A stretch of DNA of 64,000 nt from the human T2T-CHM13v2.0 reference genome, Homo sapiens. The notes beneath the pieces were generated by a model. That model worked only from the letters and a program-made list of their open reading frames with translations, did not search any database and had not been told where the DNA came from. Where the stretch lies: assembly GCF_009914755.1 (NCBI RefSeq), contig NC_060931.1, one strand, 5' to 3'. Both the position numbers and the translations under genes were made by a program. Of this stretch, positions 1-13,907 are shown piece after piece (the stretch's first letter is position 1; every line of letters starts with the position of its first letter).

Positions 1-331
1 GGAAGTTACCACCCCCTTTCTATGGCAACCACCTAAGGACTCAGAAGTTACCACCCTATTTCTAGACATCTTTGCATAATCCTCCCCTTAATTTGTATAT
101 AATTAAAAATAAGTATGACTGCAGCCCTGCCTCTGAGCTGCTACTCTGGGCCCACTGCCTATGGGGTAGCCCTGCTCTGCAAGGACCAGGACCTCTGCTG
201 CTGCTGTGTGTGCCCTGCTGCCTCAAAAGTTGCTGCCTAGCACTACCGGCTCCTCCTTGAATTTTTTTCTGGGCAAAGCCAAGAACTCTCCCAGGCTAAA
301 CCCCAATTTTGAGGCTCGCTTGCCCTGCATC
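1..331 (+). mobile_element. 3' part of an ERV1-class LTR (MER41/LTR19-like; subfamily uncertain)
   Basis: GGAAGTTACC repeats and an LTR-like 3' end ...GCCAAGAACTCTCCCAGGCTAAACCCCAATTTTGAGGCTCGCTTGCCCTGCATC; truncated by the window start. Confidence 0.6.
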
Positions 332-1613
332 GATTTCATTCCTAATAACTTGCCCCTTGCAACACACAGAGGGCCCTGTGCAGCATCAAAAGGGCTACCT
401 TTAATTGAACATCAGCCAAGACTGGAAGGTAAATCATCTATTTTTCCCCCATCACCATGATGGCCTCTTTTAACCCTTCCCGGGGCAAAGAATACAAAAC
501 CCTGCATGTGGCTAAACTAACAGAGGAAGGCTTCGGAGGTCCCTTATTCTTCAACCCAGTCTCCTAACAGCCATTCAACATGTTGGCGGGGAGGGAAAAG
601 GAAAAAAAAAAAAAAAGGTCTTTTCAACATCTTTCTACCTTTCTGATGTCCAGACTTCTGTGAAAGACCAACTTCCCTCTTCAGGTGCCTGCTGTCTCTC
701 AGCTCTGTGTTTTCTTTTGGTTAAAGATACGTTTTTAAAAATCAGGATATATAAATTCCCCATTTCAAGCCTACAACATCACAACATTCATCACATAAGC
801 AAATAAAAGTAAACAGATCTATGAGGACCCTCCTCCCATCCCCGAGACTAAATCTGTAGGAAAGAAATTCCTCAGGGAAGGGAACATGCCTGCCTTGGTT
901 TTTGTCTTCCTGTTATAGAATTTCTGCTGCTTTTCTAAAGACCGCGGGCTGTTCGCTGTTAAAGATCAGATCATTGGTTGGATGTGGCTCAACTGTGTGT
1001 GCGCCATCTACACTGATACCCTTTGCCTATTTCAAAAACAGAGCATGAGAAGCTCTAATTCCCATTTGCACACCAAGAGATCAAATATGAATTCTTCCCG
1101 AGGAAATGAGAATAAAATAGGCAGCCCAGAGATGCTTCTATGCCCCAATTATATCCCATTTTCAGGTTGTGTTCTACTTCTTAAAATGATAGAAAATTGT
1201 GGAGTGCTTCTAATCTGTGCCGTTTGGATTGAATCCATCTTCCCTGAATTGTTTTAAAGTGAGCTTGTGCTAAGAAGGGCTTTCAAAACAGCCAAGTAGC
1301 GGGTCTGGTTGGTTAGAGACCTGGTCAGTTGGAAAATATTTTATTTCTCTAAAATGTCACCCAATCAAGTCAAAAGCAAAATGTATCAGGTTTGAGTTCT
1401 ATGAGTTCTACAGATTTATTTTTATTTCTTTTCCACCAAGTGAGAGAGGGAACCAGCATTTATTAAATACATAAACTGTCCCACGCACTGTGTTGGTATT
1501 TTACATATTTCATCTCATTGTATTCATCACAAGTATAAGGTAGCTCTGCTCCTCCTCCTCCTTTTAATTGTAAGAAAACAAGGATGCTTTTTGTTTAAAA
1601 AACTGCTGACATC

Positions 1614-2009
<396 letters not shown>

Positions 2010-2124
2010 CTATGTATTATCGCTATGATTCGAGCAAGTTATATAACTATATAACCTTTCTGAACTGTTTATTAATCAAATGAAGTAAAGCTTAACTTGT
2101 GCGGCCACTGTAGTGTGTGCAGAT

Positions 2125-2146
2125 GTGTGTGTGTGTGTGTGTGTGT
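2125..2146. repeat. (TG)n microsatellite
   Basis: Direct TG run. Confidence 0.9.
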
Positions 2147-2970
2147 GCATCCATAGATGGCAGGCATCAGCTGCTATTCCAAATAATTAATATTATTCAA
2201 TCAATAAGCAATTATTGGCCACTACTTAATTGAAAGGAATTATGTCAGGCACTGGTTTTCATGGTACAAAATGATTGCCATCTTTAATTGTGTTTTCTAA
2301 CCTAAAGTGATACAATGGATTCTTCCACTGTAACCAATATTTGTAGAGAACTTCCTATGTGCAAAGATAAAGTATAGGGGCCATCGGAGATCTAAGGGTA
2401 ATATTACAAAACATAAACAAAAGGATCATGGTCCCTATTTTGGTGAGGCAGATATTCCAGGGAAAACAATTGGCACATCATTTGGTGACTCTTCAAGATC
2501 AATTACAGGTAATCCTGAAGATACCGTTGGACTTTTCAAGGGGTATTCAGTACGAATGGCTTTAGGGAATCTAGCTCCAGTGTGGATGTTCCATTTGTGT
2601 TCTTTGCTAAAATTATTTTAACTAAGAACCCTCCGGTAGTTGAGGGGATATGGATTCTCAGTGTCTACTTTCCCTTAAACAATCTCCTTTCTCCCTTTTT
2701 ACAAAGGTAGACAAACTCCCACTCATCTCCGTTTATTTCCTAGCACGTAACTGGACTGGGGAGGAAGAAGGGAGGGGCTCCTGGGACTTTTGAACATTGG
2801 AGAATTTGAAATATTGCTCTTGTGATTGAGGAAAATACAAGGTCTGTTACTGAAAAACAAATCCATTTGCAAGTCAGTTACTTTCTGATTCTTTGCTTTC
2901 AATTTGAGGACTCAATTGCTTTGTAAACAGGGAGATCACTAAAAATGTTTTTGATGCTATGTCTAAATGA

Positions 2971-3487
<517 letters not shown>

Positions 3488-3979
3488 TAAGGAATAAACA
3501 ATATTTATTCATAGATGCATGACCTACCTGAATATTTTCCTTTCTATCTCATCAGGAGATGTAATTTCTAATAAAATTTTTATGATTAATCATAATCACA
3601 GTATGCTATACATTTGTATTGTTTGGGTAAATTGGATATAACAATTATATTGTTTATGGCTCAGTGAATATTTTTAAAAAATAAATCTTAGATCACAGAA
3701 AATGAAAAACAATTTTAAATTATGTATTGAGAAAGAGAAGAAGAGTTTCCGATGCCCTGAGACTGGCCTGCCACTTACAACGAGATCTTGGAGCTCTTAG
3801 GAGCTGGCTTGGTGTTCACAGAAAGACCTTGGGGGCCTCCTGTTAGATATCAACCATCCTGCAGAGCATCCGCATCAGCCTGGGGTCTGCTGTTCTGTGT
3901 CTGTGATGCAGTGAGAAAAAACAACAATAAACAAAGGAAAACAATTTCAGAATCGCATCTAAGCACAGATAAAAACAAA

Positions 3980-4193
3980 GTTATTGTGAAAACCACGAAA
4001 GCCCCAAACATCACGCTCTCCCAGCTTATAGGAGGGGCCATTGCTTCTTCGACAATTATACCTTTACCTGTGCACTCCTTCCTCCTTCCAAATAAGATTG
4101 GCTCACTTCCTGACAGCATTTAATCCAGAAGAAAGCCCTCATCATTAAGCTGTCCCCAAAATTACCTAACCCAAGTCCAAATCCAATAATAAG
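3980..4193 (+). mobile_element. Possible old ERV LTR fragment (MER21/MER34-like)
   Basis: CTTCCTGACAGCAT..AATCCAGA..CCCCAAAATTACCTAACCCAAGTCCAAATCC resembles remembered MER-LTR consensus. Confidence 0.35.
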
Positions 4194-4194
4194 G

Positions 4195-4554
4195 GGACGT
4201 GTATTGGCTATGTCCCTACCCAAATCTCATCTTGAACTGTAGCTCCAACAATTCCCATGTGTTGTGGGAGGGACATGGTGGGAGGTGATCGAATCATGGG
4301 GGTGGGTCTTTCCCATGTTGTTTTCCTGGTAGTGAATAAGTCTCCTGAGATCTGATGGTTTTATAAGGGGTTTCTCCTTTCTCTGGGCTCTCATTCTCTC
4401 TTGCCTGGCACCGTGTAAGACATGCCTTTCTCCTTCCACCATGATTATGAGGCCTTCCCGGCCATGTGGAACTGTGCATCCATTAAACCTCTTTTTCTTT
4501 ATTAATTACCATCTCGGGTATGTCTTTACCAGTGCATGAAAATAGACTATTACA
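4195..4554 (+). mobile_element. THE1 (MaLR) solo LTR
   Basis: CCCAAATCTCATCTTGAA...GTGAATAAGTCTC..GAGATCTGATGGTTTTATAA...GACTATTACA. Confidence 0.9.
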
Positions 4555-5149
4555 GCATCTAAACTTTGTGTCCTCTCTTTGTAGAGAAAACATAATTAGA
4601 CTTTTATAATGATAATTTCATGTTTTCCTGAAGCTGCCCACCTTTCATTAGTTTCTGTTCCTCTCTCTCTCGCCTTCCCTCTCTCGGGGAAAGAGGTTAA
4701 TTTTTTTTTTTTAATGTTCATTTTGTGTCCGGAATTGGTGGGTTCTTGGTCTCACAGACTTCAAGAATGAAGCCGTGGACCTCGCAGTGAGTGTTACAGT
4801 TCTTAAAGGCAGTGTGTCCAGAGTTTGTTCCTTCTGATGTTAGGATGTGTTTGGAGTTTCTTCCTTCTGGTGGGTTCGTGGTCTCTCTGGCTTCAAGAGT
4901 GAAGCCACAGACCTTCGCTGTGAGTGTTACAGCTCTTAAGGCGGTGCGTCTGGAGTCGTTCATTCCTCCTGGTGGGTTCGTGGTCTCGCTGGCCTCAGGA
5001 GAGAAGCTATAAACCTTCACGGTGAGTGTTACAGCTCATAAAGGCAGTGCCAACCTCAAGAGTGAGCAGCAGCAAGATTTATTGCAAAGAGCTAAAGAAC
5101 AAAGCTCCCACAGCGTGGAAGGAGACCGGCGGGGGTTGCCATTACCCAA

Positions 5150-5410
5150 GCCTGCTTTTATTCCCTTATCTGGCCCCACCCACATCCTGCTGATTGGTCC
5201 ATTTTACAGAGAGCTGATTGGTCTGTTTTGACAGGGTGCTGATTGGTGCGTTTATAATCCCTGAGCTAGACACAAAAGTTCTCCAAGTCCCCACTAGATT
5301 AGCCAGACACAGAGCACTGATTGGTGCATTTACAAACCTTGAGCTAGACACAGGGTGCTGATTGGTGTGTTTACAAACCTTGAGCTAGACACAGAGTGCT
5401 GATTGGTGTG
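5150..5410 (-). promoter_or_regulatory. LTR12 promoter/enhancer: six CCAAT (NF-Y) boxes plus AATAAA TATA-like box, firing leftwards
   Basis: GATTGG near 5192, 5216, 5241, 5319, 5360 and 5401; CTTTTATTC near 5155; LTR12 NF-Y promoters are established, but activity of this copy is unknown. Confidence 0.65.
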
Positions 5411-5629
5411 TTTACAATCCCTTAGCTAGACATAAAGGTTCTCTAAGTCCCCACTAGACTCAGGAGCCCAGCTGGCTTCACCCAGTGGATCCCGCACCCA
5501 GCAGCAGGTGGATCTGCCTGCCAGTCCCACGCCTTGTGCCTGCACTCTTCAGCCCTTTGGCGGTCCATGGGAAAGTGTGCCATGGAGCAGCACATGGCGC
5601 TCATGGGGGAGGCTCGCCAGCACAGGAGG

Positions 5630-5752
5630 CCACGGTGGTGGTGGGTGGGGGGGTGGTGGGTGGCGGGGTGGTGGGTGGCCGGGGGGGTGGTGGGCGGCGG
5701 GGGGGGTGGTGGGCGGCGGGGGGAGGTGGTGGGCGGGGGGTGGGCGGGTGGA
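5630..5752 (+). repeat. G-rich tandem expansion inside LTR12 (potential G-quadruplex)
   Basis: Imperfect GGTGGTGGG(C/T)GGCGGGGGG units with many G3+ runs. Confidence 0.85.
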
Positions 5753-7006
5753 GTCTCAGGCCTCAGGCATGGCTGGCTGCAGGTCCTGAGCCCTGCCCTG
5801 CGGGGAGCCAGCTAAGGCCCGGTGAGAAATGGAGTGCAGCGCGCCTGTGGGCCGGCACTGCTGGGGGACCCGGCGCACCCTCTGCAGCTGCTGGCGGAGG
5901 TGCTAAGCCCCTCCCTGCCAGGGCTGGCGGGGCTGGCTGGTGGCTCCGACTGTGGGGCCCTCTGAGCCCACGCCCACCCGAAACTTGTGCTGGCCCGCAA
6001 GCGCAATGCAGCAGCCCCGGTTCCCGCCCACGCCTCTCCCTCCACACCTCCTGGCAAGCTGAGGGTGCTGGCTCCGGTCTCAGCCAGCCCAGAAGGGAGC
6101 CCCCACAGTGCAGCAGCAGGCTGAAGGACTCCTCAAGCATGGCCAGAATGGGCGCCGAGGCCCAGGAGACGCGGAGAGCAAGCGAGGGCTGTCAGCACGC
6201 TGTCACCTCTCAATTTGTTATATTGGCACAGTAGAAATACCTAGTCCAGATAAATAGTCAACGATGCCTCAAAGAAAATGTTATGAAGCAGTGTTTATTT
6301 TTGCAGATGCTGACGAGTATATTGATGTAATAGCCATTGTTACTGTAGTGCCGAAGTGAGAAAAAATGGCATTAGCTCCAAGATAAAACAGAGGTTGGGG
6401 CATGATTCAGTCTTTAAAATAATTAGTTCACCCTAGAAAAATACTGACAGCACAAAATTTTATTTGTATAAATACAGAGTTTAATGGCTCATATTTAAAC
6501 TTTCTAAATTGCCTACACTGCTTTTATGAAGTACTTAAGTTACCACTGTCCCCATAACTTGTTTAAAATAAAAAATTTATACATATAAAATTATAGTCAC
6601 CTAAAGAAAATGATAATACTAGATTTGTCTTTAAAGGTTTACTGTTATGAAATTCTTATGCTGCTACAAATCAAAAGGATTTAACAACCAAATTATAATT
6701 TTCAGAACCATAACTAATTTTAAGACCTTAGATAAATGTTTAATTAATAAATGATCTTTGGATGCCTGGACAGTTTCTAAATAAAAATAGATTTGGAACA
6801 CTAGTCAACAAACATAATTTATCTTCACTTATTAAAATGGCAATAGATTAACAAATTATACAACTGTTTTGGATATCATATATTTATATTTATGTATTCA
6901 TTTAATTTTTCCTCATCAAAATAATTAAAATGGTATGTGTTCTCAGAAATAAAAGAACTAAGCAGTTCTTAGTTTTCTATAATCTAATTTTCTCTTTTGT
7001 TTGCAG

Positions 7007-7375
7007 AAAAGCAACCTCTGTTAGGAAACTATCCATGCCTTTTTGAGACCTGCTAGAAACTTCCTTGAATATCCCTGATTTAATTATATTTACCGATGGC
7101 TCGTACTTAAAAAGAAAACAGCTAAAAATTGCCAAAATGCTCAGCTATACAGAGTTGAATTTACCTTTGAAATTTAAGCTTCTCACAGGAATTAAATCAG
7201 TGTAGATGAATACATTAAGTAACCCTTGCCCAGACTTACCAACTCATAAACAATAAAAGAACAAATATTGATACTCTAAAGAAGCAAATAATTTAGGATT
7301 AATCTGACTTCTAAACGATTTAAAAACAAAATGATTTTCTGACCACTTACAGGAACTCCTATAAAATGGACACAG
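7007..7375 (+). pseudogene. Degraded ERV pol, RNase H domain
   Basis: Manual translation from 7047 gives DLLETSLNIPDLIIFTDGSYLK, then LAQTYQLINNKRTNIDT and KQNDFLTT..GTPIK, with stops and frameshifts. Confidence 0.75.
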
Positions 7376-7452
7376 CCTGAGCTCACTCTTGTCGTGATAA
7401 ATGATGCTTATATTTCCAATAGAGCCCGTGCCCCACTAAAATTCTAGTTCTT

Positions 7453-7549
7453 TTGTTTATCTTTTTTAAAAATAAGTATTTTAACTTTAATTTTAGGTTC
7501 AGGGGTGCATGTGCAGGTTTGTTTTATAGGTAAACTCGTGACTTGGGTG
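7453..7549 (-). mobile_element. Very short L1 3'-end insertion
   Basis: TTTTAGGTTCAGGGGTGCATGTGCAGGTTTGT..GGTAAACTCGTG; TSD TTCTAGTTCTT at 7442-7452 and 7550-7560. Confidence 0.8.
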
Positions 7550-7789
7550 TTCTAGTTCTTAAGTTAATATCAGGCTGATGCCTGCCGGCTTTACACCAAC
7601 TTATCCTGCATTTTAGGGGGTGAATATTAGAGACTACTAGCTATGCAAAACTACCACCACTCCCAGGAACCTCTAAAATGAGGCAAGTATGGAATACTCC
7701 AGAAGGGATAACTGATGCCCTCTTCATGCAAACTGAGTTGCAATTCTCACAGTGATCTGAAACTTGTCATTGACTCTAACAGATGTCAT

Positions 7790-8240
7790 AAATAATAGAA
7801 CATCTGCTCGGGAAGCCCAGTAAGCTCATTTAAGTTCATTAGCCAGAGTTGCCATGGAAAATCACTTTGCTTTTGACTTCTTCTAAGCTTGCTGCATGCA
7901 CCTATGCAAATACTGCATGCACCTACGCAAATATTGCATGCACCTATACATGCAAATACTGCATGCACCTATATACATGCAAATACTGCATGCACCTATA
8001 TACATGCAAATACTGCATGCACCTATACATGCAAATACTACAGAGCAGGTAAAAATACTCCAAGACTACAGGAAGAGAAAAAGGCACCTAAAACTCAAAC
8101 AGGCCCAGCTGGATTCAGGGATGTAGTTTTATTGCCTGGATTTTATCATCTAGACCTCTTCCTTTGAGATCTGTTACAAGGACTAATAAACATACGGGTT
8201 TCCGGTAATTGCCTGCGTTATAGTTGGGCAATGTATCCAA
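7790..8240 (+). pseudogene. Degraded ERV env transmembrane subunit (ISD, cysteine loop, TM)
   Basis: Translates as AQ*AHLSSLARVAMENHFAFDFF*A ... ANTACTY ... NTTEQVK ... PAGFRDVV, resembling SLARVVMDNRIALDFLLA..ANTSCCTYINTTGQVE. Confidence 0.7.
7892..8039. repeat. Minisatellite, 6 units of 21-27 bp: CTGCATGCACCTAT(AT)(ACAT)GCAAATA
   Basis: Units of 21, 21, 25, 27, 27 and 25 bp read directly. Confidence 0.95.
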
Positions 8241-8406
8241 TCCAGAGTCTTAAATGCAACGATGTAGCAATAATCTCATTCAATCACATACAGACTAGGT
8301 TCAGAGACACTGTTCTGATCTTGAGTGGCAAAATTTCAGCAATCTGCATGTCATGAATTCGTGTCCTGTGGTCTTATGTCATCCGTCCTTGGCTAAAAGG
8401 GGAAAC

Positions 8407-9414
<1,008 letters not shown>

Positions 9415-9633
9415 AAGTGGAGAATGAACCATTCACCAGTGACACTAATGATGTTCTCTGGAGAAGGCATTGTTGTTTTTGCCTCACTAGTTCCCTTCTT
9501 CTTTCTTTGGTGACAGCATCCTGATTTTCCTTTAAGGCATGATCTCTCTCTTACCCCTTGCGTATATGAAAGAGAAATAACGTTCTAGGATTACATGGTA
9601 TCAGATATTATATCATTATCCTGGTGGAGTTGA

Positions 9634-10257
<624 letters not shown>

Positions 10258-10659
10258 CATGTACTTTCCTTTATTCTGACAACAGGTTCTGATTTTTCCT
10301 GGGGAAACAAATACTCCTGTATTTAGTCACATGAATTAGTTGGAGCTGACTCCATCTCTGGCTGTAAGATTGGGCACTAGCATGAGAGAGGACCATCTGA
10401 TCATTCATTCAATAAATACTACTGAGCCAGGCCAGTCATGAAATACCTCATGAAGCTAGCATTTTTCAATGCTTTTAGCTATTTTTTTAATGAATTACAT
10501 TTTTTTCCCAATAAAATCTACCTACCACAATCTGTTCATTCATTTCAAAGCAAAATGTGGTAACTTCCAATTTTGGTAATACTACGTGCCAGGCACAGTC
10601 TGAAGACATAGAAATAAAGAGCAAAGATAGAAACCCCAGTTCATAGGAGGATTCAGGCA

Positions 10660-10670
10660 GTGTGTGTGTG

Positions 10671-10722
<52 letters not shown>
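10660..10722. repeat. (TG)n microsatellite with one interruption
   Basis: Direct observation. Confidence 0.95.
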
Positions 10723-10725
<3 letters not shown>

Positions 10726-11480
10726 TTTCCCCCTTAGAGAAGAGCCTTCCTGGAATTGGGTCCACACATAGGAAGACACAGGTGAGATTTGCAGGGAGGC
10801 AAATTATTTTGAGCACCTGATTGATTCCAACAAGTATAAACCTAGATCTACCTCTAGACTTTCTCACTTTGGGAGTCATAAATGCCCTTTTTTTTTTCCT
10901 CAAATCAATTTGTGTTGGGTTTTGTCTCTTGCAGTAAAAAGAATCCTGACTCTGCACTGAATATTGGGGATGATATAGAATTACATGCAGCAATGTCTAT
11001 AAAGCAGACCATATATGCTGGCTACAGTGCTAGTACTCACTTCCACATCAGCACAAATCCAAGGAAATTAAATGAAAACTGTTCTCACTGAATATGATCA
11101 GGAGGAAGCAGGAACAGAACCACCTTTTGAATTTCAACTAAACACCTCCAAACACTGCCAGTCCCACCATTTTATAAAAGGACAAGAGAGACCTCAATTA
11201 CCTCCAACATAGAACACAGAATTGGGGGTATGAGTCTCTTAAAATAGAGATGCCTTCTTTTATTGCAAAAAGCTGGCTAGTCAATTATGTTGCAGAGCAA
11301 TTAAGTGGTTTCATGCCTAAAGAGGGGTCAACATGCCTACGAATATGAGTAAGATGCTTTAAAATACTTGCCAAGGATATTAATATGTATCTTGAAGACA
11401 ATCGTTTATACATTGGATGCAGCAAATGGAAATGGACTAAACATTTTATCCACACACTCAATTATTTATCAACCCACCTT

Positions 11481-12314
11481 CTCTTTTTTTAACTTTTATT
11501 TTAAGTTCAAGGGTACAAGTGCAGGTTTGTTACATTGGTAAACTTGTGTCATAAGGGTTTGTCATAAAGATTATTCCATCACCCAGGTATTAAGCCTAGT
11601 ACTCATTAGTTATTTTTCCTGATCCCCTCCTTCCTCCTACCCTCCACCCTCCACCCTCCAAAAGTCCCCAGTGTGACTTGTTCCCCTCTATTTATCCATG
11701 TGTTCTCATCAGAACGGGCAGTATTTGGTTTTCTCTTCCTGCATTAGTTTGCTAAACATAATGGCCTCCAGTTCAATCTGTGTTCTTGTAAAGGACATAA
11801 TCCTGTTCTTTTTTATGGCTGCATAGTATTCCATGGTGTACATGTACCTCATTTTCTTCATCCAGTCTATCATTGATGGGCACTTAGGTTGATCCCATGT
11901 CTTTGCTATTGTGAACAGTGCTGCAATGAACATATATGTGCATGTGTCTTTATAATAGAATGATTTATATTCCTTCGGGTATATACTCAGTAATGGGATT
12001 TCTGGGTTGAATGGTATTTCTTTCTTTAGGTCTTTGAGGAAAGATCACACTGTCTTCCACAATGGCTGAAATAACTTATGCTCCCACCAACTGTGTAAGC
12101 ATCCCTTTTTCTGCACAACCTCACCAGCATTTGTTATTTTTTGACTTTTTATTAATAGCCATTCTGACTGGTGTGAGATGGAATCTCACTGTGGTTTTGA
12201 TTTGCATTTCTTTAATGATCAGTGATGCTGAGCTTTTTTTTCCATATGATTGCTGGATGCATGTAAGACTTCTTTTGAAAAGTGTCTGTTCATGTCCTTT
12301 GCCCACTTTTTTAT
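11481..12314 (-). mobile_element. 5'-truncated L1PA 3' end (ORF2 C-terminus and 3' UTR)
   Basis: ORF MFIAALFTIAKTWDQPKCPS matches the L1 ORF2 end; TSD AACCCACCTT at 11471-11480 and 12315-12324. Confidence 0.93.
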
Positions 12315-12322
12315 AACCCACC

Positions 12323-12530
12323 TTTTTTTTAGGCTTTAGAACATCTTAGTAGACATCAGGTAAGAAGGGAAATTCATGAGGATATGCATAAACTGCAGTT
12401 ATGCTTGGAATTCTCTTGCTAAAGTTATTTGTGGAGATAGTCCTTGAATCTTAAGTACTTACTTAATTAAAATATTCACAGCTACCATAAGAATTAATAT
12501 TATTTCTCAGAATCACTCCTGGGAAATACA
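12323..12530 (+). repeat. Copy A of a local direct duplication (copy B at 13908-14390)
   Basis: Shared GCTTGGAATTCTCTTGCTAAAGTTATTTGTG and collinear flanks. Confidence 0.9.
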
Positions 12531-13907
12531 TTCTCAACAAAAAGTTGCATTTTGGTAACCCAATATCAATAGACCACAAAGAAACACAATTTAGATATTT
12601 ATCCAGTTCTTGTCTCTCTCTCTATTAAATAGAAGTACTTCATATTAGAGAGAACCACACCATCACATTCACAGTAGACAAAAATGGATGTCTATGGTCT
12701 CTGTTCTCTTTTGCCAAGGTAAATTTAGCTGTAGCTAAATTTATTTGAATCCAGGCCATGCAGTTAACATGATATCTACACCCAGACTGGATAATCAACC
12801 ATGACTGTTCACATGAAATCCTGGATAAAGGGGACATTAAAACATGTTAGCAATGAAGAATGCAACAGTGAATTCTAAATGACAATTCAACAGTAAATTC
12901 TGAAGGACAAAGAGATCTAAAAGGAATAGATGGTGGGGAGGGGACAGGAGCTATGAAAAAAATGGAGAATGGATGAGGCAGTGATTTGGAGCTGCCCTGC
13001 AAACATGAATGAGAAATTGCTCAGAAAAAGGCACACCTGAAAGCGTGGGAAGACTAAAGCTTCTCGTAGGTGTAATTATAAACATGCTAAAATGCAAGGT
13101 TAGGTATCAGTGAGCTGGTCATCATACCTCATCACAAAGAAAAATGAGTTTTGCCATGTTGCCTTCCCAGTGCTCAGCAAAGGATGGCTGTAGTGACACC
13201 TTTCATGGTCCATGCGGGCCCCCATAATTAAAAGGTTGAATTAGTCATGTAAACAAATTATCTCACACAAAGGGGTTTACAAATGCTGGCTAATTAGTTT
13301 AAATTCCCCAAAGCTTTCCACTGTTTTTAATTCAATAACACAGTGTAAATTCTCCAGTTAGAAAAAGTCTAATAGGAATTGGCAGAAAACTAAATAATTG
13401 ATATTGTCAGCAATTGCAGCAAGCAAGTACTCCAGTGTTATTGTTTGCCAGTGATTTCCAGAGAGGATAAAGCATGAAGTTTAATGAATTAACAATATAA
13501 GCCGTAGACAGCTGGTACTCAACAGCCTCTCCATAGGCTCAGCCTCTGGCTGAGAAAAATTCTAAAGTAGATATAAATAGACATACCTCTGACTTGGATT
13601 ATAACAATGTATATCATAGCAACCAGAGCTTTAATGAACGGCTTGGAAATGGTAATGAGCTAGCTGTGTGACATCAGCAAATTACTTGCCATTTCTGAGC
13701 CTAGCTTTTCGTGATCAGTACAAACAAGTGTCCTGAACTAAATTAACAGTAACAACTCTAGAACCTCCAGATTCTTAGGAGTTACAGATGGCAAGAGGAA
13801 GAAGCTACCGTTACTTTCTGTGTTTCAAAAGTATCACGAACACTGCATATTTACCCATCATGAAAAAGAGTAGGCAAGTTCTTTAAATATAGCTTGATCA
13901 GCTCAGC

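Larger units (their letters stand above)
4724..6212 (-). mobile_element. Solo LTR12 (ERV9; LTR12C/D-like)
   Basis: Minus strand starts TGAGAGGTGACAGCGTGCTG and ends CCAATTCCGGACACA; 4-bp TSD ATTT (4720-4723 and 6213-6216); tandem CTGATTGGTG..GCTAGACAC units. Confidence 0.97.

Noticed and set aside
5485-6234. 249-aa ORF and overlapping ORFs
   Set aside because: Entirely within GC-rich LTR12 U3 and the G-tract; low complexity with no domain similarity
7849-8167. Repetitive ORFs (ANTACTY / LHAPI / CKYCMHL) and a CRISPR-like appearance
   Set aside because: Translation of a minisatellite; no unique spacers, no cas genes, eukaryotic context
10487-10993. 168-aa ORF with HT repeat
   Set aside because: Kept open by the (CA)n microsatellite; no other coding signal
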